In this document: piece after piece, positions 20,217 to 32,778 of the stretch | Layout of the letters: every line of letters starts with the position of its first letter | Numbering within the stretch: position 1 is the stretch's first letter | Assembly: GCF_004353825.1 (NCBI RefSeq) | Contig: NZ_SMNA01000009.1 | Location: 1 to 64,000, forward strand | Length of the DNA stretch: 64,000 bases | Direction of reading: 5' to 3' | Source: Occultella glacieicola | Lineage (GTDB): Bacteria > Actinomycetota > Actinomycetes > Actinomycetales > Beutenbergiaceae | The notes under the pieces: generated by a model | Databases searched by the model: none | What the model was told of the DNA's origin: nothing | The model's input: the letters and a program-made list of their open reading frames with translations, nothing else | Made by a program: the position numbers and the translations under genes

Positions 20217-21499
20217 TGTCGACCACCACAACTGAGACCACCGACCACACCGGCCTGAGCACCGACCACTCGCGGGCCGTCGCCGACGGCGCGCACACGC
20301 ACGGGCAGGGCCGGGTGCCGGAGAGCTCCCGGGCCGACCGCGCGACGTCCTTCGCGCTCGCCGACTTCCCGCTGCCCACCGGCCGCGAGGAGGACTGGCG
20401 GTTCTCCCCGGTCGGTCGCCTCCAGGGCCTGTTCGGCGGCGTCCTGACCGGAGCCGCGCCGCAGGTCGAGATCACCGGCGACCCGAAGGTCACCGTCGAG
20501 CGCGTCGGTCACGACGACCCACGGCTGGGCGCCGTCGGGGCCCCAGGGGACCGGCTCGCCGCGACCGCCTGGGAGTCCTTCGACCAGGCCCTGGTCATCA
20601 CCGTGCCCGCCAACCACGTCACGGCCGGGGAGACCCTCGTGACGATCACCGGGACGGACACCACGCCCGCCGCCCAGCACATCCTGATCGTCGCCGAGTC
20701 CCTCAGCGAGGGCGTCGTGGTGCTCGACCACCGCGGCAGCGCCGAGCTCGCCCAGACCGTCGAGATCCAGGTCAAGGACGGCGCCTCGCTGCGGGTCGTC
20801 TCCGTTCAGGACTGGGACACCGGCGCCGTGCACGCCTCGAGCCACCGCGCCATGCTCGGCCGGGACGCGACCCTGCGGCACGTGGTCATCACCCTCGGTG
20901 GGGACGTCGTCCGGATCACCCCGGAGGCCGCGTTCACCGGGACCGGCGGTGAGGTCGAGATGAACGGCCTGTACTTCGCCGACGCCGGCCAGCACCAGGA
21001 GCACCGCCTGTTCGTGGACCACGCCGTGCCGAACTGCACGTCCCGGGTCACCTACAAGGGCGCGCTGCAGGGCGACGGTGCGCACGCCGTGTGGATCGGG
21101 GACGTCCTGATCCGCAAGGAGGCCGAGGGCACCGACACCTACGAGCTGAACCGCAACCTGGTGCTCACCGACGGCGCCCGCGCCGACTCGGTGCCGAACC
21201 TGGAGATCGAGACCGGCGAGATCGAGGGAGCCGGGCACGCGTCCGCCACCGGGCGCTTCGACGACGAGCAGCTGTTCTACCTGCGCTCGCGCGGCATCCC
21301 CGAGGCGGCCGCCCGCCGGCTCGTGGTGCGCGGCTTCTTCGCCGAGATGATCGCGAAGATCGGCGTGCAGTCCGTGCAGGACCGACTGCTCGCTGCGATC
21401 GACGCCGAACTCGACGTCGTCATGGGCCACCTCATCGGCACCGACGACCTCGACGAGGCGGATGTGATCGCCGCCGTGGAGAGCGGCGTCGTCAAGTGA
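20216..21499 (+). CDS. sufD: Fe-S cluster assembly protein SufD
   Basis: EEDWRFSP, PNLEI, GHASATG, FYLRSRGI. Confidence 0.96.
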   Translation: MSTTTTETTDHTGLSTDHSRAVADGAHTHGQGRVPESSRADRATSFALADFPLPTGREEDWRFSPVGRLQGLFGGVLTGAAPQVEITGDPKVTVERVGHDDPRLGAVGAPGDRLAATAWESFDQALVITVPANHVTAGETLVTITGTDTTPAAQHILIVAESLSEGVVVLDHRGSAELAQTVEIQVKDGASLRVVSVQDWDTGAVHASSHRAMLGRDATLRHVVITLGGDVVRITPEAAFTGTGGEVEMNGLYFADAGQHQEHRLFVDHAVPNCTSRVTYKGALQGDGAHAVWIGDVLIRKEAEGTDTYELNRNLVLTDGARADSVPNLEIETGEIEGAGHASATGRFDDEQLFYLRSRGIPEAAARRLVVRGFFAEMIAKIGVQSVQDRLLAAIDAELDVVMGHLIGTDDLDEADVIAAVESGVVK

Positions 21500-21849
21500 G
21501 CGCGCAGGTGGTGGCCGCCCGTGACGATCTCGAGGTGGGGGAGACCCTCAAGCTCGAGCTCGACGGCGCGGACGGCTCGCTCGTCGAGGTGGCCCTGGTC
21601 CGGGCCGAGGACGGCGAGTACTACGCCGTCAACGACGTCTGCTCGCACGGGCAGGTCTCGCTCTCCGAGGGCGAGGTGGACGGCACCACGATCGAGTGCT
21701 GGCTGCACGGCTCCACCTTCGACCTGCACACCGGCAAGCCCCTGTCCCTCCCGGCCACCCGGCCGGTCCCCGTCTACCCGGTGAGTTACGACGGCGACAA
21801 CGTCCTGGTGGACGTGGACGCCCCGCTCGCCGCCCATCAGAACGTCTGA
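21496..21849 (+). CDS. Rieske-type [2Fe-2S] ferredoxin
   Basis: CSH...CWLH ligands; GTG overlaps the sufD stop. Confidence 0.92.
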   Translation: MSAQVVAARDDLEVGETLKLELDGADGSLVEVALVRAEDGEYYAVNDVCSHGQVSLSEGEVDGTTIECWLHGSTFDLHTGKPLSLPATRPVPVYPVSYDGDNVLVDVDAPLAAHQNV

Positions 21850-21870
21850 GAAGAAGAGAGAACACCGCAC

Positions 21871-24434
<2,564 letters not shown>

Positions 24435-24453
24435 CCTTGGATCAGGAGCAGCC

Positions 24454-24786
24454 ATGAGCACCGAAGCAACCAGCGCCGTCCCGAACGCCGCCGACGTCGA
24501 GGAGGCCCTCCGCGACGTCATCGACCCCGAGCTGGGCATCAACGTCGTCGACCTGGGTCTCGTCTACGGGATCACCCTCGACCAGAACAACGTGGCCATG
24601 ATCGACATGACACTCACCTCGGCGGCCTGCCCGCTGACCGACGTCATCGAGGATCAGGCCGCCCAGGCCCTCGAGGGCATCACCGCCGGGCAGCGCATCA
24701 ACTGGGTGTGGATGCCGCCGTGGGGCCCGGACAAGATCACCGAGGACGGCCGCCAGCAGCTGCGGGCGCTGGGGTTCAACGTCTGA
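24454..24786 (+). CDS. sufT: SufT/DUF59 metal-sulfur cluster biosynthesis protein
   Basis: DPELGINVVDLGL, TLTSAACP, PPW. Confidence 0.93.
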   Translation: MSTEATSAVPNAADVEEALRDVIDPELGINVVDLGLVYGITLDQNNVAMIDMTLTSAACPLTDVIEDQAAQALEGITAGQRINWVWMPPWGPDKITEDGRQQLRALGFNV

Positions 24787-25227
24787 GTTCGGCCGGCTGG
24801 TCGCCGAGACCACGGGCGTTCGATGGGCGCCGGAGTTCGTCTCGGCGTTCTTCGACTCGGACACGAGGATGTAGACCGGATGCGTTCCTCGCGCGACGGT
24901 CGACCCGAGGTTCGCAGTAGGCCTGAGCGGTCCTGGAACCCATCGGAGCCCCGTGGGATCCGATCGAGCATCTCATCACGGCTGTCAGCGCCGCGGAGAC
25001 GCGGATGGTCGACGAGCGCCTCACGGAGCTTGCCTCGCCCCGGGTGGCTGCCGTCCCGCTGAGCCTGTTCTGACCGGATTGCGACGCCGACACCCGTGAC
25101 GGCTGGGGTCCTGGTTCAGGACGGCCGAGTGGCGAGATCTGGCGCACCCGACCGGCACCTGGCCGCGGCTCCTGAACACGCGGACCGATTCGTGGCGAGG
25201 TCGATCGAGCCTTCCAGTGCGGTGTCG

Positions 25228-25722
25228 TTAGTTGGCGGCTTCGGAGGTGCCATTGGAGTCTTGCCGGTGTCGAGCCCGTTCAGCGATCCCGCCGAAGAAC
25301 TTGCCGGTTGCCTCGCTTGCCCGCGCGAAACCGTCAGCTCCCGAGTCGATTGCCTTGGCCCGGGTGGTCTGCGCCCGATCGAGCGTCTGCGTGCCGAACC
25401 GGCGGGCGACTCCCACGCCCTCGGCGCCAGCATCGACCACCTTATCCTTGAGCTCGGTGGCTGCGTCGCGCCACCGCTTCGCTTCGGCGGATTGCCGGTC
25501 GGACTCGATGCCGAGCCTTTCGTGGAAGTCGACGACGACGGTCGCGACGTGGTCGCTCGCCCGCACCACCGCCGGGGACTCGAGGGGGTTGAGAAGCACC
25601 TTCTTGTTGGCCAGCCCGGCCGCGCGGTCCACGCGGACGATGAGGTGCTCCGTCGTGTGGGAGAACCGAGGACCGCAAGCCCGTCGCCATCGCTGACCAA
25701 CTTGACGTGGACCTCGACATCC
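25228..25722 (-). pseudogene. Internally deleted remnant of a conserved actinobacterial hypothetical gene
   Basis: KLVSDGDGLAVLG (N-terminal-like) joined out of frame near 25660 to ANKKVLLNP...VVDFHERLGIES...RWRDAA (C-terminal-like); family recognised from memory only. Confidence 0.5.
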
Positions 25723-25758
25723 GCTGAACACCGGATTAGCATGATGAACGTGCGTTCA
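25714..25758 (+). promoter_or_regulatory. Sigma70-type leaderless promoter with TetR operator
   Basis: TCGACA-17bp-TAGCAT, then 7 nt to GTG 25750; palindrome TGAACGTGCGTTCA (25745-25758) and degenerate copy TGAACACCGGATTA 20 bp upstream. Confidence 0.7.
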
Positions 25759-26433
25759 GGCCAGCGTGTTCGTCCGGTGCCGGCATCGGACCTGACGGCG
25801 CGCGCACGGATTCGCGACGCCGCGATCGAGCGCTTTGCCAGGGACGGCTTCGGCGCGGGAGTGCGCACGGTCGCCGCTGATGCGGGCGTCAGCGCCGCGC
25901 TGGTTCTGCATCACTTCGGATCGAAGGATCGACTGCGCGAGCACTGCGACGAGCACGTCCTCGGGGAGATCCGATCGGCCAAGGCCGAGAGCATCGCGAA
26001 GGCGGAGTCCGGCTCGTTCCTCGAGCGCTTCGCAACCGCGGAGCAGTACGCGACGATCCTCGGTTACGTTCTGCGTTCCCTGCTCGACGGTGGGCCGCTG
26101 GCTCAAGCGTTCGTACGGCACATGGTCGACGACGCGAACGAATACGTGGCGGCGGCGGTCGCGTCGGGAATCGCCGTGCCGAGTCGGGACGAGCGCGCTC
26201 GCGCCCGCTACCTCACCCTGTCGGCACTGGGCGCGATGATGCTGTCGATCACCCTCGACCCTCCCGAGGATCTGAGCGATCTCAGTTCCTTCATGCGCGG
26301 GTTCTTCGACGAGTTCACCCTGCCGACCCTTGAGTTGTACACGGAGGGCTTCCTCACGACCCGACGCATGCTCGACGACTACCTCCTCTATGTGGGCGAT
26401 CCACCAGGTGAGCGCACGGCTCCGATGAATTGA
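25750..26433 (+). CDS. TetR family regulator, RaaS (Rv1219c)-like
   Basis: MRS...DLTARARIRDAAIERF...AGVSAALVLHHFGSK...LELYTEG; precedes an ABC pair. Confidence 0.88.
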   Translation: MRSGQRVRPVPASDLTARARIRDAAIERFARDGFGAGVRTVAADAGVSAALVLHHFGSKDRLREHCDEHVLGEIRSAKAESIAKAESGSFLERFATAEQYATILGYVLRSLLDGGPLAQAFVRHMVDDANEYVAAAVASGIAVPSRDERARARYLTLSALGAMMLSITLDPPEDLSDLSSFMRGFFDEFTLPTLELYTEGFLTTRRMLDDYLLYVGDPPGERTAPMN

Positions 26434-26478
26434 GCCCACGCGCACCAGGTAGATCCCTCGACGATGAGAAGGAAGACC

Positions 26479-27480
26479 ATGACCAGCACGACTCGGCGTG
26501 CCCCCGGCACGCCCGCCATCGAGATCCACGACCTGCACAAATCGTTCGGCACCGTCAAGGCGCTGGATGGACTCGACCTGACCGTCGCCGACGGACAGGT
26601 GGCCGGGTTCCTCGGCCCGAACGGGGCCGGCAAGTCCACCACCATCCGGGTCCTGCTGGGCCTGCTCCGTTCGGATGCCGGCTCGGCACGGATCCTCGGC
26701 GGGCACCCCTGGCGTGACGCCGTGGCTCTGCACCGACGGCTCGCCTACGTCCCGGGCGATGTGTCGCTGTGGCCGAACCTCACCGGTGGGGAGGCCATCG
26801 ACTACCTGACCCGGCTGCGCGGCCGGACGGACGCCAAGCGCAAGGCGGAGCTCCTGGAGCGCTTCGAGCTCGACCCCACGAAGAAGGCCGCCACGTACTC
26901 GAAGGGGAACCGCCAGAAGGTGGCCCTGGTGGCGGCCCTCGCCTCGCGCGTCGACCTCCTCGTGCTCGACGAACCGACGTCCGGCCTGGATCCGTTGATG
27001 GAGGCCGTTTTCACCGACTATGTGCGGGAGGCCAAGGACCAGGGCACCTCGGTGCTGCTGAGCAGCCACATCCTGTCCGAGGTCGAGAAGGTCTGCGACA
27101 CCGTCACCATCATCCGTAGTGGACGGGCCGTGGAGGCCGGGACACTTGACGAGCTTCGGCATCTGACCCGCACCAGCGTGACCGCCGTCGTCGACGGCGA
27201 CCCCAGCGCGATCGAATCGCTGCCTGGCGTGCACGGCCTGGTTGCCACGCCGAACGGCGCGGGCACCCGGGTCACGTTCGACGTCGACAACGCCAGCATG
27301 GGCGAACTTCTGCCCGCGATCGGGGCGCTCGGGGTGCGCTCGCTCACCGCGGCGCCGCCGTCGCTGGAGGAGTTGTTCATGCGGCACTACGGCGTTGACA
27401 TCGCGTCGGATGAGCCCGGGGAACCGGCGGGCCGACACTCGGCAGTGGCGACCCCCGAGCACTCGGCGGGTGCGCGATGA
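26479..27480 (+). CDS. ABC exporter ATP-binding protein (Rv1218c/tetronasin-resistance-like)
   Basis: [43 protein letters not shown]. Confidence 0.92.
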   Translation: MTSTTRRAPGTPAIEIHDLHKSFGTVKALDGLDLTVADGQVAGFLGPNGAGKSTTIRVLLGLLRSDAGSARILGGHPWRDAVALHRRLAYVPGDVSLWPNLTGGEAIDYLTRLRGRTDAKRKAELLERFELDPTKKAATYSKGNRQKVALVAALASRVDLLVLDEPTSGLDPLMEAVFTDYVREAKDQGTSVLLSSHILSEVEKVCDTVTIIRSGRAVEAGTLDELRHLTRTSVTAVVDGDPSAIESLPGVHGLVATPNGAGTRVTFDVDNASMGELLPAIGALGVRSLTAAPPSLEELFMRHYGVDIASDEPGEPAGRHSAVATPEHSAGAR

Positions 27481-29144
27481 GCGCTGCCGTCGCAGCGAAC
27501 GCGGTCACCGAGCAGGGACGCGCCGGTTCAAGCACCCTCACCGGGACGTGGCGGTTGGTGCGCTTCATCGTTCGTCGCGACCGGGTGCGGATCGTGGTCT
27601 GGGCCGCCTCGGTCGTCGCCTTCTACGCCTATTTCACGTTCGCCCTCGACACCGTCTTCGCCGACCCGGTCGCCCGGCAGGGGCGTGCCGCGGTCATGGA
27701 GACACCGGCCGGCATCGTCATGGGCGGTCCCGGCTACGGCCTCGATGACTACACCACCGGCGTGGCCATCGCGAACGAAGGCATCGTCTGGATGGTGCTC
27801 GCCCTCGCAGTGATGAGCATCCTGCACGTGGTCAGGCACACCCGGGCCGAGGAGGAGTCCGGCCGCTCCGAGTTGGTCCGGGCCGCCGGGGTGGGTCGCC
27901 ATGCCCCGGCCACGGCCGCAGTCATCACCCTGGTCGCGATGCAGGCGCTGATCGCGGTCGTCGGCGCGCTCGCGATGGTCGGGGTGGGCTCGGAACTGGA
28001 CGTGGTCGACTCCTTCGGTGTGACGATCGGGTCCGGTCTCAGTGCGTTGGTGTTCGGCGCCGTGGCCGTCGTGTTCTGCCAGGTGATGGAGCACGGGCGC
28101 GGCGCGATGGGAGCGAGCCTGGCCGTGCTCGGTCTCGCGTTCGTGGTCCGCGCCGTCGGCGACATGCGCGAGCTCGGCGGCAGCACCCTGTCCTGGTTCT
28201 CGCCGTTCGCGTGGGCCCAGCAGATGCGCTCGTTCGTCGACCTGCGATGGTGGCCGGCGCTCCTGTCCGTGGCGGCCACGGCGATGCTGCTCTGGCTGGG
28301 GTCGGTGCTCGCCTCCAGGCGCGACTTCGGCGGCGGCATGGTGGCTTCCCGGCCCGGTCGCGCGGGCGCGAGGTCGTCCCTGCGGCACCCGTTCGTCCTG
28401 GCTTGGCAGCAACAGCGTGGCGCGCTGATGTGGAGCAGCCTCGGGCTCGGGCTGATGTGGTTCGCGACCGGCACACTGATGCCCGAGATCGGCACCATGA
28501 TCGGCGACATCGTCGCCGACAATCCCGCGGCCGAGCAGATCTTCGGCCCGGGCTCCTCCGCGCTCAGCGTCACCTTCCTGGGCGTCATGATCCTGTTCTC
28601 CGCGCTCTGCTGCGCGGCGTATGCCATCGTGATGGGCGGCCGCCCGAACGGGGAGGAGCGGGCGGGCCGGGCGGAACTCGCCCTGTCGCTGCCCGTGTCC
28701 CGGCCCCGCTGGCTCGGCTCCCAACTGCTCGCGGCAGGTCTCGGCACCGTGGTCCTGTTGGGTGTGAGCACCTATGGAATGTGGCTCGGCGCCGTCACCG
28801 TGGGCTGGACGGACCAGACCTTCGCCGACTACACGGTGGTAATCGTGAACTACCTGCCGGCCGTGCTCGTGTACCTCGGGCTGACGTCAGCGCTCTTCGC
28901 CTGGTTCCCGAGGTTCACCGGGGTCACCTGGGCGCTCCTCGCGTACACCTTCGTGGTCGGGATGTTCGGCGGCCTTTTCGAGTTGCCCGACTGGGCACTG
29001 CGCCTCTCGCCGTTCGACTGGGTACCCGGGCCGTTCCTCGACGACGTCGCCGTCGGTGACCTGATCGTTCTGTGGGCGGTGGCGGTGGCGCTGCCCGTCC
29101 TCGCGTTCGTCGGCTTCCGGCGCCGCGACGTGGTGACCACCTGA
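27477..29144 (+). CDS. ABC exporter permease (Rv1217c-like)
   Basis: [28 protein letters not shown]-terminus; multi-TM. Confidence 0.9.
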   Translation: MSAAVAANAVTEQGRAGSSTLTGTWRLVRFIVRRDRVRIVVWAASVVAFYAYFTFALDTVFADPVARQGRAAVMETPAGIVMGGPGYGLDDYTTGVAIANEGIVWMVLALAVMSILHVVRHTRAEEESGRSELVRAAGVGRHAPATAAVITLVAMQALIAVVGALAMVGVGSELDVVDSFGVTIGSGLSALVFGAVAVVFCQVMEHGRGAMGASLAVLGLAFVVRAVGDMRELGGSTLSWFSPFAWAQQMRSFVDLRWWPALLSVAATAMLLWLGSVLASRRDFGGGMVASRPGRAGARSSLRHPFVLAWQQQRGALMWSSLGLGLMWFATGTLMPEIGTMIGDIVADNPAAEQIFGPGSSALSVTFLGVMILFSALCCAAYAIVMGGRPNGEERAGRAELALSLPVSRPRWLGSQLLAAGLGTVVLLGVSTYGMWLGAVTVGWTDQTFADYTVVIVNYLPAVLVYLGLTSALFAWFPRFTGVTWALLAYTFVVGMFGGLFELPDWALRLSPFDWVPGPFLDDVAVGDLIVLWAVAVALPVLAFVGFRRRDVVTT

Positions 29145-29154
29145 CCATCGGCGC

Positions 29155-30036
29155 TCAGAGCGAGGCGCCGTCCACCGCGAACGTGTCACACCCCTCGGGC
29201 CCGTCGTTGTACCCGGTGGTGAACCAGCGCTGCCGCTGCTCGGACGACCCGTGCGTCCACGACTCGGGGTGGGCCTGACCACCCTGCTGGGTCTGGATGT
29301 GGTCGTCGCCGACGGACGCGGCCGCGTCCAGCGCGGACGCCAACTGGGCGTCGGTGAACGGCTCCAGCAGGCGGTTGCCCTCGGCGTCGGTGGTGTTCAC
29401 GGCGTTCGCCGCCCAGGCCCCGGCCAGGCAGTCCGCCTGCAGTTCCAGCCGGACCGCGTCCGAGGTGGGCCCGGTGTCGGTGTTGTCCACCTGGCCCATG
29501 ATCCCGGAGAGGTTCTGGATGTGGTGGCCCCACTCGTGGGCGACCACGTACAGCTCCGCGAGCGGTCCGCCCTGCGCGCCCAGCTGCGTGGTCATCAGCT
29601 CGAAGAACGTCGGGTCCAGGTAGATGCCCTGGTCCGGCGGGCAGTAGAACGGCCCGACGGCGGCACTCGCCTGACCGCAGCCGGTGGACGTCCCGTCGGT
29701 GAACAGTTCCATGCCGGGGGAGGCGTAGGCGCCGCCGCTGATCTGTGGGTAGGCCTGCGCCCAGTAGTCGTCGAGTGAGGTGTACGCGCCGACCATCCGG
29801 CACTCGACGTCCTCGTTCGCGGCCGCCCCCGTGGTGCAGTGCTCGAGGCCGGTGTCGGACTCGCCGCCGGTGGCGCCGTCGTCGCCGGTCGCCAGGCCGG
29901 TCAGGTCGACGCCGAGCAACTGGGACAGCAGGAAGAGCACCAGGACGGTGCCGCCACCGACCGCGACGCCGGCGCCGGTGCGGCGACGCCTGCGGACCCG
30001 GGACGGGTCCAGCTTCGCGTCCTCGTTGAACGTCAT
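29155..30036 (-). CDS. Neutral zinc metallopeptidase (YpfJ-like)
   Basis: GPFYCP, AHEWGHHIQ (HExxH), ELQADC, THGSSEQR. Confidence 0.92.
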   Translation of the reverse strand: MTFNEDAKLDPSRVRRRRRTGAGVAVGGGTVLVLFLLSQLLGVDLTGLATGDDGATGGESDTGLEHCTTGAAANEDVECRMVGAYTSLDDYWAQAYPQISGGAYASPGMELFTDGTSTGCGQASAAVGPFYCPPDQGIYLDPTFFELMTTQLGAQGGPLAELYVVAHEWGHHIQNLSGIMGQVDNTDTGPTSDAVRLELQADCLAGAWAANAVNTTDAEGNRLLEPFTDAQLASALDAAASVGDDHIQTQQGGQAHPESWTHGSSEQRQRWFTTGYNDGPEGCDTFAVDGASL

Positions 30037-30088
30037 GAACCAACGCTAGCCGCGAACCGGCGGAACTACCCGTCAGGGGCCGCGTGGG

Positions 30089-31048
30089 TCAGGCCGGGGT
30101 CGCGGCGATCTCGGTCTCCGCCTCGACCCGGGCCGCACCGGAGGCCAGCAGCCCGGTGATGACCGCCGCGAGCGGCTCCATGGCGTCGTCGACCTCCACC
30201 TGGACCGGGAGCCGGGCCACCAGCATCGCGAGCAGGTTCCGCACGGCACCGCGGGCCCGCGACGGGTCGAGTTCCGCGTCGTAGCCGAGCAGCACCTCGG
30301 TGGGGGCGTCCTCCGGTGCCTCGGTGTCCGTGGCGGGCGGGTCGTAGCTCACCGCGAACGCCAGGATCCGGCCGCCGGCGTCCTTGGGCCGGTCCCGCAG
30401 CACGACCGCACCGCGCGCCCCGGTAGCCGGCGCGAGCAGGTGGTCCTGCGCGCGCCCGAGCGTCATCTGCGCGCGGTCCCAGGGTGCGTGCACCGCGTCG
30501 TAGAACGCGGCGACCGTTTTCGTCAGCTCCACGGAGCCGGTGGCGAGGTCCTCCAGGGCCGGCCCGGTCGGGCCGAACGGTGGGACGGTCAACGACCCCG
30601 GGGCCACCACCACCAGCCGGGACCGCTGGATCGGCACGAGCCCGACCGACGCCGCGAAGGGTGCGGCGGCGGCGTCCGTCTCGGTTCCGCCGTCGAGGTC
30701 CGCCACCGGGTAGCGGGACCGCAGGCCCGTGGTGCCCGACGGCGGTGCCTCCTCCCGTAGGGCGCTCACCAGGGCGGTGCCGACACCGTGGCGGCGCTGG
30801 CCGGGGACGACCTCCACGTACAGCCAGAGCCGGTCGGGGTGCAAGCCGCTCTCCGAGACGGCACCCGCGCCGACGACGGCGCCGCCGGCCTCGGCGACGA
30901 CGGTGCGCCGCCACGGCTGGTGCGTTCCCGGCCCTAGCAGCGCCCGACCGAGCGCCGCCTGGGGTGTGGCGGCCGGGCCGAGCGCGTCGGCGACCGCCAC
31001 CTCATCGCCGTCGCGCCAGTCACGCAGCGCCAGTGTCGGCTCGCTCAC
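30089..31048 (-). CDS. GNAT family N-acetyltransferase
   Basis: VVPGQRRHGVGTALV acetyl-CoA motif A; GGAGG RBS. Confidence 0.78.
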   Translation of the reverse strand: MSEPTLALRDWRDGDEVAVADALGPAATPQAALGRALLGPGTHQPWRRTVVAEAGGAVVGAGAVSESGLHPDRLWLYVEVVPGQRRHGVGTALVSALREEAPPSGTTGLRSRYPVADLDGGTETDAAAAPFAASVGLVPIQRSRLVVVAPGSLTVPPFGPTGPALEDLATGSVELTKTVAAFYDAVHAPWDRAQMTLGRAQDHLLAPATGARGAVVLRDRPKDAGGRILAFAVSYDPPATDTEAPEDAPTEVLLGYDAELDPSRARGAVRNLLAMLVARLPVQVEVDDAMEPLAAVITGLLASGAARVEAETEIAATPA

Positions 31049-31156
31049 ACATACCTCCTCGCGGTGGGGCCGGAGAACGCCGGACCGGTGTCCGCCGGGG
31101 CCTTCCCACGTTGTCGCCAGTTATCGACACGGTAGCGCGTCGGTAGACTGGTGCCA

Positions 31157-32755
31157 GTGATCATCGCGCAGGACGTCGAACTCCGCATCGGGGTTCGCCA
31201 GCTACTCGGCGGAGCCACCTTCCGCATCGACTCCGGGGACCGGATCGGCCTGGTCGGCCGCAACGGGGCCGGGAAGACGACCCTCACCAAGACCCTCGCG
31301 GGCGAGGGCCAGGCCAGCGGCGGCACCATCACGACCACCGGCCAGGTTGGCTACCTCCCGCAGGACCCGCGGACCGGCGACCTGGACATGCTCGCCCGGG
31401 ACCGGGTGCTCTCGGCCCGCGACCTGGACGCCGTGATGCGCCGGATCCGGCGCGCCGAGGCGGACATGGCCAGCGAGGACGAGGCCGTGCGCGAGAAGGC
31501 GATGGCCCGGTACGCGCGCCTCGACGAGGAGTTCGCCGCCCAGGGAGGCTGGGCCGCCGAGAGCGAGGCGGCCCGGATCACGTCCAACCTCGGGCTGCCG
31601 ACCCGGGTCCTGGGCCAGCCGTTGCGCACCCTCTCCGGCGGGCAGCGGCGCCGGGTGGAGCTCGCCCGGATCCTGTTCTCCGACTCCGAGACGCTCCTGC
31701 TCGACGAGCCCACGAACCACCTGGACGCAGACTCGATCGCCTGGCTGCGGGAGTTCCTGGCGTCCTACTCCGGCGGGTTCATCGTGATCAGCCACGACAC
31801 CGGACTGCTCCGGGCGACTGTGAACAAGGTGTTCCACCTGGACGCCAACCGCGGCGAGCTCGACGTCTACAACCTCGGCTGGGACGCCTACCTCGAACAG
31901 CGGGAGACCGACGAGCGCCGGCGTAAGCGGGAGCGCGCGAACGCGGAGAAGAAGGCGAGCACCCTGCTCGCCCAGGCGGACAAGATGCGAGCCAAGGCGA
32001 CGAAGGCGGTGGCGGCGCAGAACATGGCCCGCCGGGCCGAGCGGATGCTCTCCGGTCTGGACGACGTGCGTGCCAAGGACCGTGTCGCCAAGCTCCGGTT
32101 CCCCGATCCGGCGCCGTGCGGACGCACCCCGCTGCGGGCGGCCGGCCTGTCGAAGAGCTACGGCTCCCAGGAGGTCTTCACCGACGTCGACCTGGCCATC
32201 GACCGCGGCAGCAAGGTCGTCGTGCTCGGCCTCAACGGCGCCGGCAAGACCACCCTGTTGCGGATCCTGGCCGGGGTGGAGGCCTCCGACACCGGAGAGG
32301 TGCAGCCCGGTCACGGCCTGAAGGTCGGCTACTACGCCCAGGAGCACGAGACCCTCGACACCGACCGGACGGTCGTGGAGAACCTCCGCTCGGCCGCGCC
32401 CGACCTCACCGACACCCAGGTGCGGAGCGTGCTCGGGTCGTTCCTGTTCTCCGGGGACGACGCGGACAAGCCGGCCCGGGTGCTCTCCGGTGGCGAGAAG
32501 ACCCGGCTCGCGCTCGCGGTCCTCGTGGTCTCCTCGGCCAACGTGCTGCTCCTGGACGAGCCCACGAACAACCTCGACCCGGCCAGCCGCGAGGAGATCC
32601 TCGGCGCCCTGCGCACGTTCACGGGCGCCGTCGTGCTGGTCACCCACGACGAGGGTGCCGTGACGGCCCTGGAGCCGGAGCGGGTGCTGCTGCTGCCCGA
32701 CGGCGACGAGGATCTCTGGAACGACGGCTACGTCGAACTGGTCTCGCTGGCCTGA
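31157..32755 (+). CDS. ABC-F family ribosome-associated ATPase
   Basis: Two NBDs (GRNGAGKT/GLNGAGKT, LSGG, DEPTNHLD/DEPTNNLD), no TM; TAGACT 7 nt before GTG. Confidence 0.94.
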   Translation: MIIAQDVELRIGVRQLLGGATFRIDSGDRIGLVGRNGAGKTTLTKTLAGEGQASGGTITTTGQVGYLPQDPRTGDLDMLARDRVLSARDLDAVMRRIRRAEADMASEDEAVREKAMARYARLDEEFAAQGGWAAESEAARITSNLGLPTRVLGQPLRTLSGGQRRRVELARILFSDSETLLLDEPTNHLDADSIAWLREFLASYSGGFIVISHDTGLLRATVNKVFHLDANRGELDVYNLGWDAYLEQRETDERRRKRERANAEKKASTLLAQADKMRAKATKAVAAQNMARRAERMLSGLDDVRAKDRVAKLRFPDPAPCGRTPLRAAGLSKSYGSQEVFTDVDLAIDRGSKVVVLGLNGAGKTTLLRILAGVEASDTGEVQPGHGLKVGYYAQEHETLDTDRTVVENLRSAAPDLTDTQVRSVLGSFLFSGDDADKPARVLSGGEKTRLALAVLVVSSANVLLLDEPTNNLDPASREEILGALRTFTGAVVLVTHDEGAVTALEPERVLLLPDGDEDLWNDGYVELVSLA

Positions 32756-32778
32756 CCGGGACGGGGCCGGCGTGGTCC

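Noticed and set aside
25096..25749. Long N-terminal extension of the TetR (445-aa ORF call)
   Set aside because: It is the antisense of a gene remnant; promoter, operator and MRS start point to 25750
31157..32755. Antibiotic-resistance ABC-F
   Set aside because: Looks like the housekeeping ABC-F commonly found near suf; leaderless, so no attenuator leader; subfamily needs an HMM search
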